From contig JAOZFG010000004.1 of assembly GCA_027491435.1 (NCBI GenBank), positions 160,001 to 224,000 of the forward strand: a stretch of DNA of 64,000 nt, given 5' to 3'. The position numbers were made by a program, and so were the translations under genes. How positions within the stretch are numbered: the first letter of the stretch is position 1; every line of letters starts with the position of its first letter. The DNA comes from Thermoproteota archaeon. Its GTDB lineage: Archaea; Korarchaeota; Korarchaeia; Korarchaeales; Korarchaeaceae. Positions 28,670-37,820 of the stretch are shown in pieces. Below the pieces are notes generated by a model. It ran no database searches, was not told the DNA's origin, and saw only the letters and a program-made list of their open reading frames with translations.

Positions 28670-29297
28670 TTATGAAGTCAGCGGCCATCTTAGCGGCCCT
28701 GCGGACGAGTCCCCTGTCCACGCCGGGAACCCCTGCAGCCACTATCAGGACGTCCTCAGTCCCTTCAGTTATCATTGTCTCCCTGGAATCCCTGTGGGGA
28801 TACAAGAACATGACCTTCTCATCGTCAGCCAGCACAACCTCCTTCCCGGTGAGCCTTTCCTCCCCTCCTCCTATCGGCTTAAAGATCTCCCCCTCCCTGG
28901 CCATTCTGAGAGTTGGATCCCCCCTAACCTTTGACAGGTCGTATAAGCCTATGGGGACTAAGGTCTTAGCGCTCACTAAGTTACCAGCGTCCACTACGCT
29001 GTTTATCAGGGGAAAGGGCTTATCCCTGAGTATCCTCCTAACTAATGCCTCGCTGCTAGGCCTCGTCTTGGTAGGGTCTATGCCGATCCTCCAGTAAAAA
29101 TCCCGGTAGGCCCTAACCACTGGATCCCTCCTCAGGGATTCTAGGGTGTGCTTCCCCTTTATTTCCCCCACTTCCTCTTTAAGAACCTCCAAGGCATCTC
29201 CTTGAGTCTTAGAGACTTTAACGCTCCTAACTATCGTCCATGAGACGAACACTCCCATGGAGGCTACCTCTTCGTCCACGCTCACCTCGATATCCAA
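28620..29297 (-). CDS. Stand-alone B3/4-domain protein (PheRS-beta-like trans-editing family)
   Basis: AYRDFYWRIGIDPTKTRPSSEALVRR, INSVVDAGN, GLYD. Confidence 0.9.
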   Translation of the reverse strand: MDIEVSVDEEVASMGVFVSWTIVRSVKVSKTQGDALEVLKEEVGEIKGKHTLESLRRDPVVRAYRDFYWRIGIDPTKTRPSSEALVRRILRDKPFPLINSVVDAGNLVSAKTLVPIGLYDLSKVRGDPTLRMAREGEIFKPIGGGEERLTGKEVVLADDEKVMFLYPHRDSRETMITEGTEDVLIVAAGVPGVDRGLVRRAAKMAADFIIRFSGGGTQGRVREAP

Positions 29298-31858
29298 GGG
29301 TTAACCCTCCTTATCTCCTTCCTCCTACCCCTTCTCTTGAGAATCATCAGGAGGCTCAATAATAACGCTATTGGTAGGGCCAAGGCCCACACAGGAACGT
29401 CGAAGAGCTGCTTCCTGGGAGGAGGAACAGGGGGTTTGCTGGGAGCCACTGTCTCAACTTTAGATGGGACTACCACAACCTTCTTCCTCCTTATCACGTA
29501 ATTTCCGGCCTTATCAACTACCTTCACAGATATTATGAACTCTCCAGTTTTCTTAGGTTTGAAGGAGGCCTCATTCGGCCCTGGAGAGTCGAAGGTACCG
29601 TCTCCATCCGTGTCCCATATTATGGTGACCTCCTCGTTTGCCATAACTTTAGCCCTCACCGGCGAGCCCAAGAGAACCTTATCAGGTTCCACGGTCAGAT
29701 TGGCTTGAGGAGGGGTGTTATCCACTATTACCCTAGCTGCGTCAGTGACGCTCCTATTCCCTGATCTGGCCTCCACCATAAGCTCGTATTCACCGTCTTT
29801 GAGGGAGGCCACGTCCCACTGATATTCGCCCTGCACCTTGCCAACTCTTATCCAATCCCGCTCCCCGCTCGCCCTATAGTAAAGGTAAGCTACATCGAAC
29901 GATCCTTGAACCTTGATGGACACGTACTTCGAGTGAGGTCCCTCATCAACTTTAAGCTCGACTTCTAGCGGCTTCGCTTCACTGCTGTTGTGTTCTAGAG
30001 GTTTACCCACCACCCTGTAAACCATGACCTTGGAGACCTCGTTGTGGTAACGGTCCCTCGCTGAGATCTTGAACTGTACATACCCCCTTGTCTTGAGCAC
30101 GACGTTGGTGACGTTGAACTTTATCTGAGTGCCACACAAGTAGGACCTCTCGCTCACCACTTTACTCCAGGACACGTCATTTCTAGCCCTGTAGTCCATG
30201 GAAACCCAACAGAGCTCTCCAGTAACGTGATATGTCGGTTGTACCGTGATTATGGCGTTCTGAGCTGGAAGGGTGGACATGTTCTTAGGCGAAATGATCA
30301 GCCCTGGTGGTTTGTTCATCAGATGGAGCCCAATGGTAACAGAGGTCACCTGCACGCCGTCAGAGGCCTCTATCCTGAAGGACGGAGCCGAATCGACGTT
30401 GAGTTCGATGACCTCCCCAGAGCCCACCTCCTCCGAGTAGATCACAGTCCAGTCGCTGTACAGGGCGTAAACAGTGACGTTGAGCCTGTGAGCCTTGTCG
30501 TCGTTTACGCCGAACTTAAGCTCAACTGAAGGTCCTATAGTTGAGAGGTTCTTTGGGCTCATCACGTTAATTGAGGGCGGATTATCCACAGTACCCTCTG
30601 GCTCGTTAAACATTATCACTTTGTGATTTACCATGTAGGAGCCCACGAAATCCTTCACACCCATCACTATCTCCAGGACCCCATCTCCATCCAAGTCTCC
30701 CGCTGAGGGCCTGGTCACAGGTATGTCTTTGAGGAAGAACTTTCTGAGCAGCGTGCCGTCCTCGTTCACTATCATAAGGTAGTTCCCGAATACCACCACA
30801 GCCTCTGGCAAACCGTCGCTGTCGAGGTCGGCCATAACTGGTTGTGCCGTGGACATCTCTCCAGTAAGCTTGGGGTCGAACTTCCACAGGGTCCCTCCAG
30901 TCCCGCTTACTGCCGTCAGGTACCTCCGGTCCTCAACGAATATCACGTCATCCTTGCCGTCGCCGTTGACGTCAGCCACCGCTGGAACGCCGAGGTTTCC
31001 AACGACGCTCCAAGCCTTGTTCCCATCTATTACCCCAGCTATGTAGGTCCTTGAATATGCCACAACGTCATCCTTGCCGTCGCCGTTCAAGTCCCCCACT
31101 ACAGGCGGCCCATAACAAGGCTCGCTCGAGTACTCGTCCAGTACATCCTTATCGTGGTTCTTAACCAATATGCCTCTGATGGTGCCCATCAACACCTCAA
31201 GGTAACCGTCCCCGTCCACGTCGCCGGCGGAGAGCCCTCTAACCTTGCCAGTTGAGCTGAATATATAATACTCGCTGTCCGTAGAGTAGGGATCGTCCTT
31301 CCACCAAAGCCTGCTGTTATCCACCCAGAAGACCTCATTCACCCCGTCGTTGTCGAAATCGACTATCAGAGGTGGCGGAGCTCTCTCGCTCATGTAATCG
31401 GGAAAGGACTTAACGATCCCAACTCCGGACACCGAAGCCACCCTGCCGTCGGTGGTCATGATCTTCACGTTCAAGGAGCCGCTGCTGGGGTCCCAACAAG
31501 TGTAGACCAGAGCCTCCTTACCGCCTTGGACTAGCCCGTAGGTGGGGGAGACAACCTCGCCTGAGCTGCATGCCTTGCGCTTGCTTATCATACCGTTCTT
31601 ATCCACGAATATGAAGTAGCCGTCCTCAGAGGTAAAGACAGCTTTCCTCCCGTCCCAATCAACTATTAGGGGTGGCAAGCTGCTCAGCTTGGGGAGCACG
31701 GTGGAGGAGCCAAGCTCCTTCATGACGAGCCCTTCTCCCATCAACCCCCTTCCCGTTGCGTGTCCGCTGCTCCTTATGTCAGATAATATGGTCTCCCAGG
31801 CGTTAACCGGTAGGGGGACCAACAGGGCTATCAGGAGCAAAGGAAGGTATCTTTTCAA
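29282..31858 (-). CDS. Surface protein with FG-GAP/VCBS beta-propeller repeats, Ig/PKD-like domains and C-terminal TM anchor
   Basis: Repeated GD(L/V)(D/N)GDG..(E/D) motifs; WDTDGDG; TM followed by KRRGRRK. Confidence 0.85.
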   Translation of the reverse strand: MKRYLPLLLIALLVPLPVNAWETILSDIRSSGHATGRGLMGEGLVMKELGSSTVLPKLSSLPPLIVDWDGRKAVFTSEDGYFIFVDKNGMISKRKACSSGEVVSPTYGLVQGGKEALVYTCWDPSSGSLNVKIMTTDGRVASVSGVGIVKSFPDYMSERAPPPLIVDFDNDGVNEVFWVDNSRLWWKDDPYSTDSEYYIFSSTGKVRGLSAGDVDGDGYLEVLMGTIRGILVKNHDKDVLDEYSSEPCYGPPVVGDLNGDGKDDVVAYSRTYIAGVIDGNKAWSVVGNLGVPAVADVNGDGKDDVIFVEDRRYLTAVSGTGGTLWKFDPKLTGEMSTAQPVMADLDSDGLPEAVVVFGNYLMIVNEDGTLLRKFFLKDIPVTRPSAGDLDGDGVLEIVMGVKDFVGSYMVNHKVIMFNEPEGTVDNPPSINVMSPKNLSTIGPSVELKFGVNDDKAHRLNVTVYALYSDWTVIYSEEVGSGEVIELNVDSAPSFRIEASDGVQVTSVTIGLHLMNKPPGLIISPKNMSTLPAQNAIITVQPTYHVTGELCWVSMDYRARNDVSWSKVVSERSYLCGTQIKFNVTNVVLKTRGYVQFKISARDRYHNEVSKVMVYRVVGKPLEHNSSEAKPLEVELKVDEGPHSKYVSIKVQGSFDVAYLYYRASGERDWIRVGKVQGEYQWDVASLKDGEYELMVEARSGNRSVTDAARVIVDNTPPQANLTVEPDKVLLGSPVRAKVMANEEVTIIWDTDGDGTFDSPGPNEASFKPKKTGEFIISVKVVDKAGNYVIRRKKVVVVPSKVETVAPSKPPVPPPRKQLFDVPVWALALPIALLLSLLMILKRRGRRKEIRRVNPWISR

Positions 31859-31949
31859 ACCATCACCGTTTTATAACGCTGGTCTCATAAATTGGTGTTA
31901 CACCCACCAAGTAATAGCTCCATCCTATAAGCGTATTAAAGGTGTCCCG

Positions 31950-33746
31950 ATGAAGGCCAAGTTCACACTGATAACAGCGCTAATGACTGCCCTCTCAGTG
32001 GGAACAGCTACAGGAGTTCAGAGGACCGTCCTTTCTCTGTTCTCAGAGGAGCTAGTGAGTTATCAGTCGCTGGCCATGGTGCTGACCTTCTTGCCCATAC
32101 TGACGTTCGGCATGCTCAAGGGTTTGGCTGACCTGCTGGCGGGCCTCATGTCCGACAGGTTTGGCAGGAAGCCCGTGGTACTCATGGGCACCATCTCTTA
32201 CGCTGTAGGGATGCTAATTATGTTTGAGAGTCAGAATATAGTTCAGCTGGCTGTAGCTAACGTCCTCATAGGCTGGAGCCAAGGATTGGTGGATGCAGCA
32301 ATAATGATAGTGCTCTCAGACTTAGGAGGCCCTGAGAAGCAAGGTCTCAGCATGGGCCTCATGGAGGGGTTCATCTATGGAGGTTACGCCTTCGGTTCGA
32401 TATCCTCAGGCTGGGTAGCTGAGCTTCAGGGCCTCAGAGAATCCTTTCTTATAGGTGTTGTGTTCTCTACACTAGCTATAGTGGCCTCAATCCTGCTCTC
32501 TGAGACGAGGGAGGAGAGTTCGGGGGACGTCAACGATATGGGGACCTTAGAGGCTTACAGAAAGTGCTTCGAGAGCACCACCCTCAAGATGACCTTCCTG
32601 CTAGGCCACGTGGACCAGTTCTCAGACGCCCTAGTGTGGGCAAGCCTCCCCCTACTCCTGAACTCCTTGGGCTACTCCAGGTTCGAGATAGGTTTAGTTC
32701 AGGGAGTTAACACCATAGCTTGGGCCGTGATGATGCCCCTCTCAGGCAAGGTATCCGACGTCTTCGGAAGGAAAGTGCCCATGCTGATGGGACTAACGCT
32801 AAAGGCCCTGGGCTTGCTCTCCTTCTCCTTCCAACCCGATCTATTCCAGTCTGTAGCCCTTTCATCAATGATAGGCGCTGGTGTTGGACTCTACTATCCA
32901 GTTATACCTGCCGTAGTCGCAGACTCCTCTCCGCCCTCCGTTAGGGGAAGGGCCCTCGGGCTCTACAGAGGGATTAGAGATATGGGCTATGTGACCGGCT
33001 CCCTCGCGCTTGGAGTTATTAGCGAATTTCTGAGCGTTCAAGCGGGCTTCTTGCTGACCCCAATACTAATATTTCTCTCGCTCCCCGCCTTGATTGCCAT
33101 AAAGGAGACTAGGCCGTTCTGGCCGGCCTATAACCTTGTGTTAGAACACGCTGAGAAGGTCAAGGAGTGTGTGGAGGAGCTAGGCAAGATGGTGGAATCC
33201 TATTACAGGGGTAGGAGGGACGTCGAGTCGTTAAAGGCCATAAAAGCCCTGGAACATGACGCTGACATGATAAAGGTGATGATAGACAGGCAGCTATGGC
33301 TTAGCAGTCTCACAGGCCAGGACAAGGCGGACTTTGCCAGGTTAGTCGGCAGGGTTGACAGGATAGCCTCCTTCGCCTTGGGCGCCTCAAGGAGCCTCAA
33401 CGTGGTGGACCCTGGGAGCATTCCTCCGGATGTGAAGGACCTAATGCCCGACATGGTCAAGATATCCATTTGGTCGATGAACAGGTTATACAAAGCTCTT
33501 AAACTGGCTAGGGAGGACGTTGAGAGGGCCCTAGAGGTTATAGGCGAGATAGACAGGTTAGAAGCCCTCTTTGACGAGCTCCACCTGAGGGCCATGGAAG
33601 GGTTAAGACACGCCAACATGGACTTAATTCAGCTATTGAGCTTGAGGGACTTCCTGGAGAGGTTTGAAAACCTGGTAGACTCAATAGAGGACGCATCAGA
33701 CGTTCTAAGAGTCATCATTTTTAAGCATATGGCGTGGCCAACATGA
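31950..33746 (+). CDS. MFS transporter fused to a C-terminal DUF47 (PhoU-like) domain
   Basis: G.MSDRFGRK and GKVSDVFGRK motifs; C-terminal ALEHDADMIK...LVGRVDRIA...ENLVDSIEDASD; ATG 31950. Confidence 0.85.
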   Translation: MKAKFTLITALMTALSVGTATGVQRTVLSLFSEELVSYQSLAMVLTFLPILTFGMLKGLADLLAGLMSDRFGRKPVVLMGTISYAVGMLIMFESQNIVQLAVANVLIGWSQGLVDAAIMIVLSDLGGPEKQGLSMGLMEGFIYGGYAFGSISSGWVAELQGLRESFLIGVVFSTLAIVASILLSETREESSGDVNDMGTLEAYRKCFESTTLKMTFLLGHVDQFSDALVWASLPLLLNSLGYSRFEIGLVQGVNTIAWAVMMPLSGKVSDVFGRKVPMLMGLTLKALGLLSFSFQPDLFQSVALSSMIGAGVGLYYPVIPAVVADSSPPSVRGRALGLYRGIRDMGYVTGSLALGVISEFLSVQAGFLLTPILIFLSLPALIAIKETRPFWPAYNLVLEHAEKVKECVEELGKMVESYYRGRRDVESLKAIKALEHDADMIKVMIDRQLWLSSLTGQDKADFARLVGRVDRIASFALGASRSLNVVDPGSIPPDVKDLMPDMVKISIWSMNRLYKALKLAREDVERALEVIGEIDRLEALFDELHLRAMEGLRHANMDLIQLLSLRDFLERFENLVDSIEDASDVLRVIIFKHMAWPT

Positions 33747-33747
33747 G

Positions 33748-34215
33748 ATGAGGAAGCCCAGACCTCCAGGAAACTTCTCCTTCGTAGACGAGTGGGTCGC
33801 CGGGTCGGCCATGCTGCACGAGCCCGAAAACGTAGACTGGATCTTCTCCAAATCGATAAAGGCGATCATATCTCTGGATCCAATGATACCAGATGAGGTC
33901 GTGGAAAGGATCAAGGAGCTTGGGATAAAGCATTACCTGAAACCAATAGTAAATTTCTCGGCGCCCACATTGGAGCAGCTAGAGGACATAGTCGACACCA
34001 TAGTGGAGCACGTGAAAAAGGGGAAGAAGGTGCTGGTTCATTGCTGGGCCGGTTGTGGCAGGACAGGCACGGTCTTGGCTGCCTACCTAGTGTGGAAGGG
34101 TATGGACGCTGACGTAGCGGTTGCTAAGCTCAGGAGCCTAAGACCTTGTTCCATAGAGACTCAGAGCCAACTGGATGTGGTCTGGTATTACTGGAGGGTT
34201 AGGAAGGCTACCTGA
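33748..34215 (+). CDS. Dual-specificity/PTP-family phosphatase
   Basis: VHCWAGCGRTG (HCX5R); LRPCSIETQSQ. Confidence 0.92.
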   Translation: MRKPRPPGNFSFVDEWVAGSAMLHEPENVDWIFSKSIKAIISLDPMIPDEVVERIKELGIKHYLKPIVNFSAPTLEQLEDIVDTIVEHVKKGKKVLVHCWAGCGRTGTVLAAYLVWKGMDADVAVAKLRSLRPCSIETQSQLDVVWYYWRVRKAT

Positions 34216-35629
34216 TTATCCTCCACTTGGTTCCCTGGGGGGTATCCTGAAGCTCTATGCCCAGGTCCCTTAACCTTCCTCTTATCTCATCCGATAATTC
34301 GTACATTCTCCTCTGCCTTAGCTGGGACCTCACTTCCAACAGAAGCTGTACTAGGGACTTCAGCATCACCGAATCGACGGCCCTCTCAACCCTTATCCCG
34401 AGAACGCTAAGCATTTCGTTGAAGGTTGAAAGGAGGATCCCCTTACCCTGCTCGCTTATCTCCCCTACCTCAGAGACGTAAGCGTTTGTCAACCTGATTA
34501 GCTCGTACAGGTTGGCCAGAGCTTCAGGAGTGTTAAAGTTATCCGCTAGGGACCTAAAGAACCTGTCCCTCAGATCCTTAACCTTATTTAACAGCTCAAC
34601 CTCTGCATTCCCCACTTCGGAGTTGACCTCCAAGTCATAGAGGTTGTCGTAAGCGGTCTTTATCCTCTGATAACTGCTCCTGGCCTGATCGAGGAGTTCC
34701 CACCTGAAGTCCATGGGAGATCTGTAGAAGCTGGAGATCAGGAGGAGCCTCACGGGCTCCGGGCCATATTCCTGGACCACGTCCCTTATCCTTATTATGT
34801 TGCCCAAGGACTTGGACATCTTCTCTCCCTTGATGGTCAGGAGCCCTATGTGAATCCAGTACTTCACGAAGGGCTTAACTCCAGTGTAACTCTCGGCTTG
34901 CGCTATCTCGGCCTCGTGATGTGGGAAGGCAAGCTCTATAGCGCCCCCATGTATGTCGTATTGCTTCCCGAAGTGCTTTATGGTTATGGCCGTGTCCTCT
35001 ATGTGCCACCCCGGCCTCCCATAGCCCCAGGGAGACTCCCAGCCGAACTCGTCCTTTGGTCTCTTCCTCCAGAGGGCGAAGTCGCCGGGGTTCCTCTTGG
35101 TGGGATCCGGCTCTATCCTGTGAACCCTCAGCTCCTCTATCTTCTGCTTGGACAGCTTGCCGTAGTCTGGAAACGTTGTTATATCGAAGTAAACCCCAGT
35201 CTCAGTCTCGTAAGCGTGTCCCTTCTCCAGCAGAACCCTTATCTGGTCCCATATCTCCGGCAGGTAGTCTGAAGCCCTGGCGTACAGGTTCACGCTGGTG
35301 ACGTTAAGAGACTCCATGTCCTCGTAGTAAAAGCTCTCGTACTTCCTGGCCAGCTTCAGCGGGTGCATCCCCTCCTCCTTGGCCCTGTTAATTATCTTAT
35401 CGTCTACATCCGTGATGTTCACCAAGTAGAAGAGCGAGTACCCTGCCCACCTTAGGTACCTGGCCACCGTGTCGAAGAACGTGAATACCCTTCCATGGCC
35501 TATGTGGGAATAGTCGTAGACAGTGGGGCCGCACACGAACATGAAGACCCTCTTACCGTAGAGGGGAACGAACTTCTCAACACGGCCCGTGAGGGTGTTG
35601 TAAACTCTCAGGTCAGCAAAGGCCGTCAC
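34208..35629 (-). CDS. cysS: Cysteinyl-tRNA synthetase (main frame; probably entered by +1 frameshift from ATG 35633)
   Basis: CGPTVYDYSHIGH, DFALW, GRPGWHIE, FPHHE, KMSKS. Confidence 0.97.
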   Translation of the reverse strand: MTAFADLRVYNTLTGRVEKFVPLYGKRVFMFVCGPTVYDYSHIGHGRVFTFFDTVARYLRWAGYSLFYLVNITDVDDKIINRAKEEGMHPLKLARKYESFYYEDMESLNVTSVNLYARASDYLPEIWDQIRVLLEKGHAYETETGVYFDITTFPDYGKLSKQKIEELRVHRIEPDPTKRNPGDFALWRKRPKDEFGWESPWGYGRPGWHIEDTAITIKHFGKQYDIHGGAIELAFPHHEAEIAQAESYTGVKPFVKYWIHIGLLTIKGEKMSKSLGNIIRIRDVVQEYGPEPVRLLLISSFYRSPMDFRWELLDQARSSYQRIKTAYDNLYDLEVNSEVGNAEVELLNKVKDLRDRFFRSLADNFNTPEALANLYELIRLTNAYVSEVGEISEQGKGILLSTFNEMLSVLGIRVERAVDSVMLKSLVQLLLEVRSQLRQRRMYELSDEIRGRLRDLGIELQDTPQGTKWRIIR

Positions 35630-35645
35630 CCATGAGGGTCACCAC
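35613..35645 (-). promoter_or_regulatory. cysS leader ORF MGDGLC* with SD GTGGTGA, internal SD GGGTGA and candidate +1 frameshift site CTT-TGC-TGA
   Basis: GTGGTGA-CCCTC-ATG GGT GAC GGC CTT TGC TGA; the +1 frame continues TTT GCT GAC CTG AGA GTT TAC AAC into CysRS. Confidence 0.75.
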
Positions 35646-35693
35646 GAAGGTCCCCCAGATCATCTTTTAAACTTAACCCAGGATCCTAACTCC

Positions 35694-36713
35694 GTGCCAG
35701 ACCTCGCCAAGCTTCTAAAGTACTCCCTGCTGTTAGTGGCCCTGCTGTGGTCTGTAGCCGAGCAGGGAAGGTCTTTGCTGCCAGACTACAGGAGAGCCTA
35801 CGCTAGCCTGGTTCTAACGGCCCTTCTGTCCGCCTACCTATTCTTGGAGGGAGGCCTATCCAAGGTGGAGTTCGGCAAGGTCCTGATAGCCTCTTACTTG
35901 GCGCCCTTAGCCTCAGTCCCTCTAGTGCTGTTAAGGGGCCAACGAGGTCAACGAAAGGAGCAACAAGAGAGCAGCAAGAAGCTAAGCTTACTGGAGTTGG
36001 CCAGTTCATCAAGCCTGATTTTGTGTAAATCAGCCAGGTTGGCCAACGGAATACTGGGGGACCTTGCAGCCGAGCTGTCTGAGACTAGGAGGGTCGTCTT
36101 GGTAGACTGGTTCGGCAATCTAAGGGAGAGGTTCGGGGAGTACAAGCTGGCCCTTCCCAACGAGCTATGGCTATGCGATCCAGGTCACCTGGATGACGCC
36201 TACTTCCTCATGGTCTCCGACTTGATCTCCTTGTTCGTCGATGCTAACCCCTCTCTAGTAGTTCACGTGCTTAAGAACAGGGACTTCGAAATCCTCGAGG
36301 ATGCCAAGGTACCACCCGAGCTTAGGATAATTCTGGAATCCCTGTTCTCGCCGAACTCGATTCCCCTCTTGGAGGCCCTGCCCGAGTCTGCTGGGGTACT
36401 AATAGTAGATGCATCAGGCCTGTCGCCTCAAGCTAAGGAGGTGCTCTCCCTGCTAGTCCTGTTACAATCCGCAGCCTACAGAAAGAGGGACTTCATCCCC
36501 TTAACCCCTTCAATATCGCCCTGGGAGCAGGAGAGGGGCAAGGAGGTCCTTAGATGGCTGGCCAACTCCCTAGAACCTGGAGGTGGAATTATAGCCTCCA
36601 AATTCGTCTTGAAGGAGTACGCAAAGGAGTTCAGTTACGTACTTCAATGTGAGGGCTGTCAAGACGGCCTGAAAGTCGGTCAGTGGTCTTTATGTCCTCA
36701 CGAGAGGGTATAG
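35694..36713 (+). CDS. Membrane protein with a degenerate HerA/VirB4-like ATPase domain
   Basis: Three N-terminal TM helices; RVVLVDWFG and VLIVDAS strands but no intact Walker A. Confidence 0.5.
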   Translation: MPDLAKLLKYSLLLVALLWSVAEQGRSLLPDYRRAYASLVLTALLSAYLFLEGGLSKVEFGKVLIASYLAPLASVPLVLLRGQRGQRKEQQESSKKLSLLELASSSSLILCKSARLANGILGDLAAELSETRRVVLVDWFGNLRERFGEYKLALPNELWLCDPGHLDDAYFLMVSDLISLFVDANPSLVVHVLKNRDFEILEDAKVPPELRIILESLFSPNSIPLLEALPESAGVLIVDASGLSPQAKEVLSLLVLLQSAAYRKRDFIPLTPSISPWEQERGKEVLRWLANSLEPGGGIIASKFVLKEYAKEFSYVLQCEGCQDGLKVGQWSLCPHERV

Positions 36714-37820
36714 GAGAGAAGCCAACCAGAGCATCGGATAATAGGGGCCCCTCCTGACCGCTATGACGTCCTCTACAACCTTCTCTGGGATGACGCCTAT
36801 CACCTTGTTAAGCAAGCCCGACTTCATCAGGAAGTCGGCGGCCCTCCTATAAGTGAGCCCCAGCCTAACCTGAGGCTCTATGTACTCCTTGACCAGCTCT
36901 GTATAAGAGAGCTCAGGCTCGTCGCTCTCCAAGGACCTTGACAGGAGTATTGAAGCCAAAATCCCGTTGTGCATACCCCCTCCGTTAACGGGAATTACCA
37001 TGTTGGCTGAATCTCCAACTAGGAACACTCCCTTAGAGGCCACCGGGACTACCCTGCCGGAGACTGGCACGTACCTGCCAAAAACCCTAGTTTTAGCGCC
37101 CACACCCAAAAAAGACAGGAACTTCCTTAGGTAGGGGGTTGCGTCGCCCTTCCAATAGGTGAGCCTGACTCCGACCCCGACGTTAGCCCTCCCATCCCCC
37201 CTGGGGATGACCCAGGCGTAAGTCCCCGGTGAGAACTCCTCAGAAATGTAGAGGGTCATCTCCTCAGGGTTTTCCAGGGGTAAGCTCATCTCCAGGGGAA
37301 AAGCTATTGCTAGGTCGTCCTTGGATCCGTTAAACCGAATTCCGAAGCTTTTTGCCACGGCGCTGCCGTAGCCATCGGCGCCCACGACGTACCTTGCCTC
37401 ATGAGTTCCCTTGACGGTGACGACCTTCAGGGAGCCCCCAACGTTCTTCACACCCGTGACAGGGGCGGAAGTCAGCACCGAGGCGCCGTGCTCTTCAGCC
37501 TTAACGACAAGATCCCTGATCATCCCCCTTCTATCCACCGAGTAACCTTCATATTCGGCTGAGAACTTCCTGCCTGCCACCACCATGGAAACCCTCTTCA
37601 GGTCGTGAACCACGCGCTCTCTGAAAGCCTTCATGTAGGGTTCTCCTATCCAGTCAGGGAGCCCGAGCGACCTCTTGTCAGGCAGGTATTCACCGCATAT
37701 AACTCTGTGGGCTACTCTAGGATCCCTCTCCAGTAATAAGACCTTGTAACCGGCCAGCGAAAGAAAGTAGGCTGAGGAGGCCCCTGAAGGGCCAGCGCCC
37801 ACCACCACTACGTCGTACAT
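36690..37820 (-). CDS. Geranylgeranyl reductase family flavoprotein
   Basis: YDVVVVGAGPSG, CGE, GADG, YAWVIP, LVGDSA..V.P.NGGG. Confidence 0.88.
   Translation of the reverse strand: MYDVVVVGAGPSGASSAYFLSLAGYKVLLLERDPRVAHRVICGEYLPDKRSLGLPDWIGEPYMKAFRERVVHDLKRVSMVVAGRKFSAEYEGYSVDRRGMIRDLVVKAEEHGASVLTSAPVTGVKNVGGSLKVVTVKGTHEARYVVGADGYGSAVAKSFGIRFNGSKDDLAIAFPLEMSLPLENPEEMTLYISEEFSPGTYAWVIPRGDGRANVGVGVRLTYWKGDATPYLRKFLSFLGVGAKTRVFGRYVPVSGRVVPVASKGVFLVGDSANMVIPVNGGGMHNGILASILLSRSLESDEPELSYTELVKEYIEPQVRLGLTYRRAADFLMKSGLLNKVIGVIPEKVVEDVIAVRRGPYYPMLWLASLLYPLVRT

Noticed and set aside
31689-31949. 87-aa N-terminal extension of the MFS ORF in the track
   Set aside because: It overlaps the start of the divergent FG-GAP gene and the promoter; ATG 31950 gives a normal first TM helix.
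35613-35615. Selenocysteine or stop readthrough at the leader TGA codons of cysS and trpS
   Set aside because: Frame 0 beyond TGA has no synthetase similarity and stops again; the enzyme is encoded in the +1 frame.
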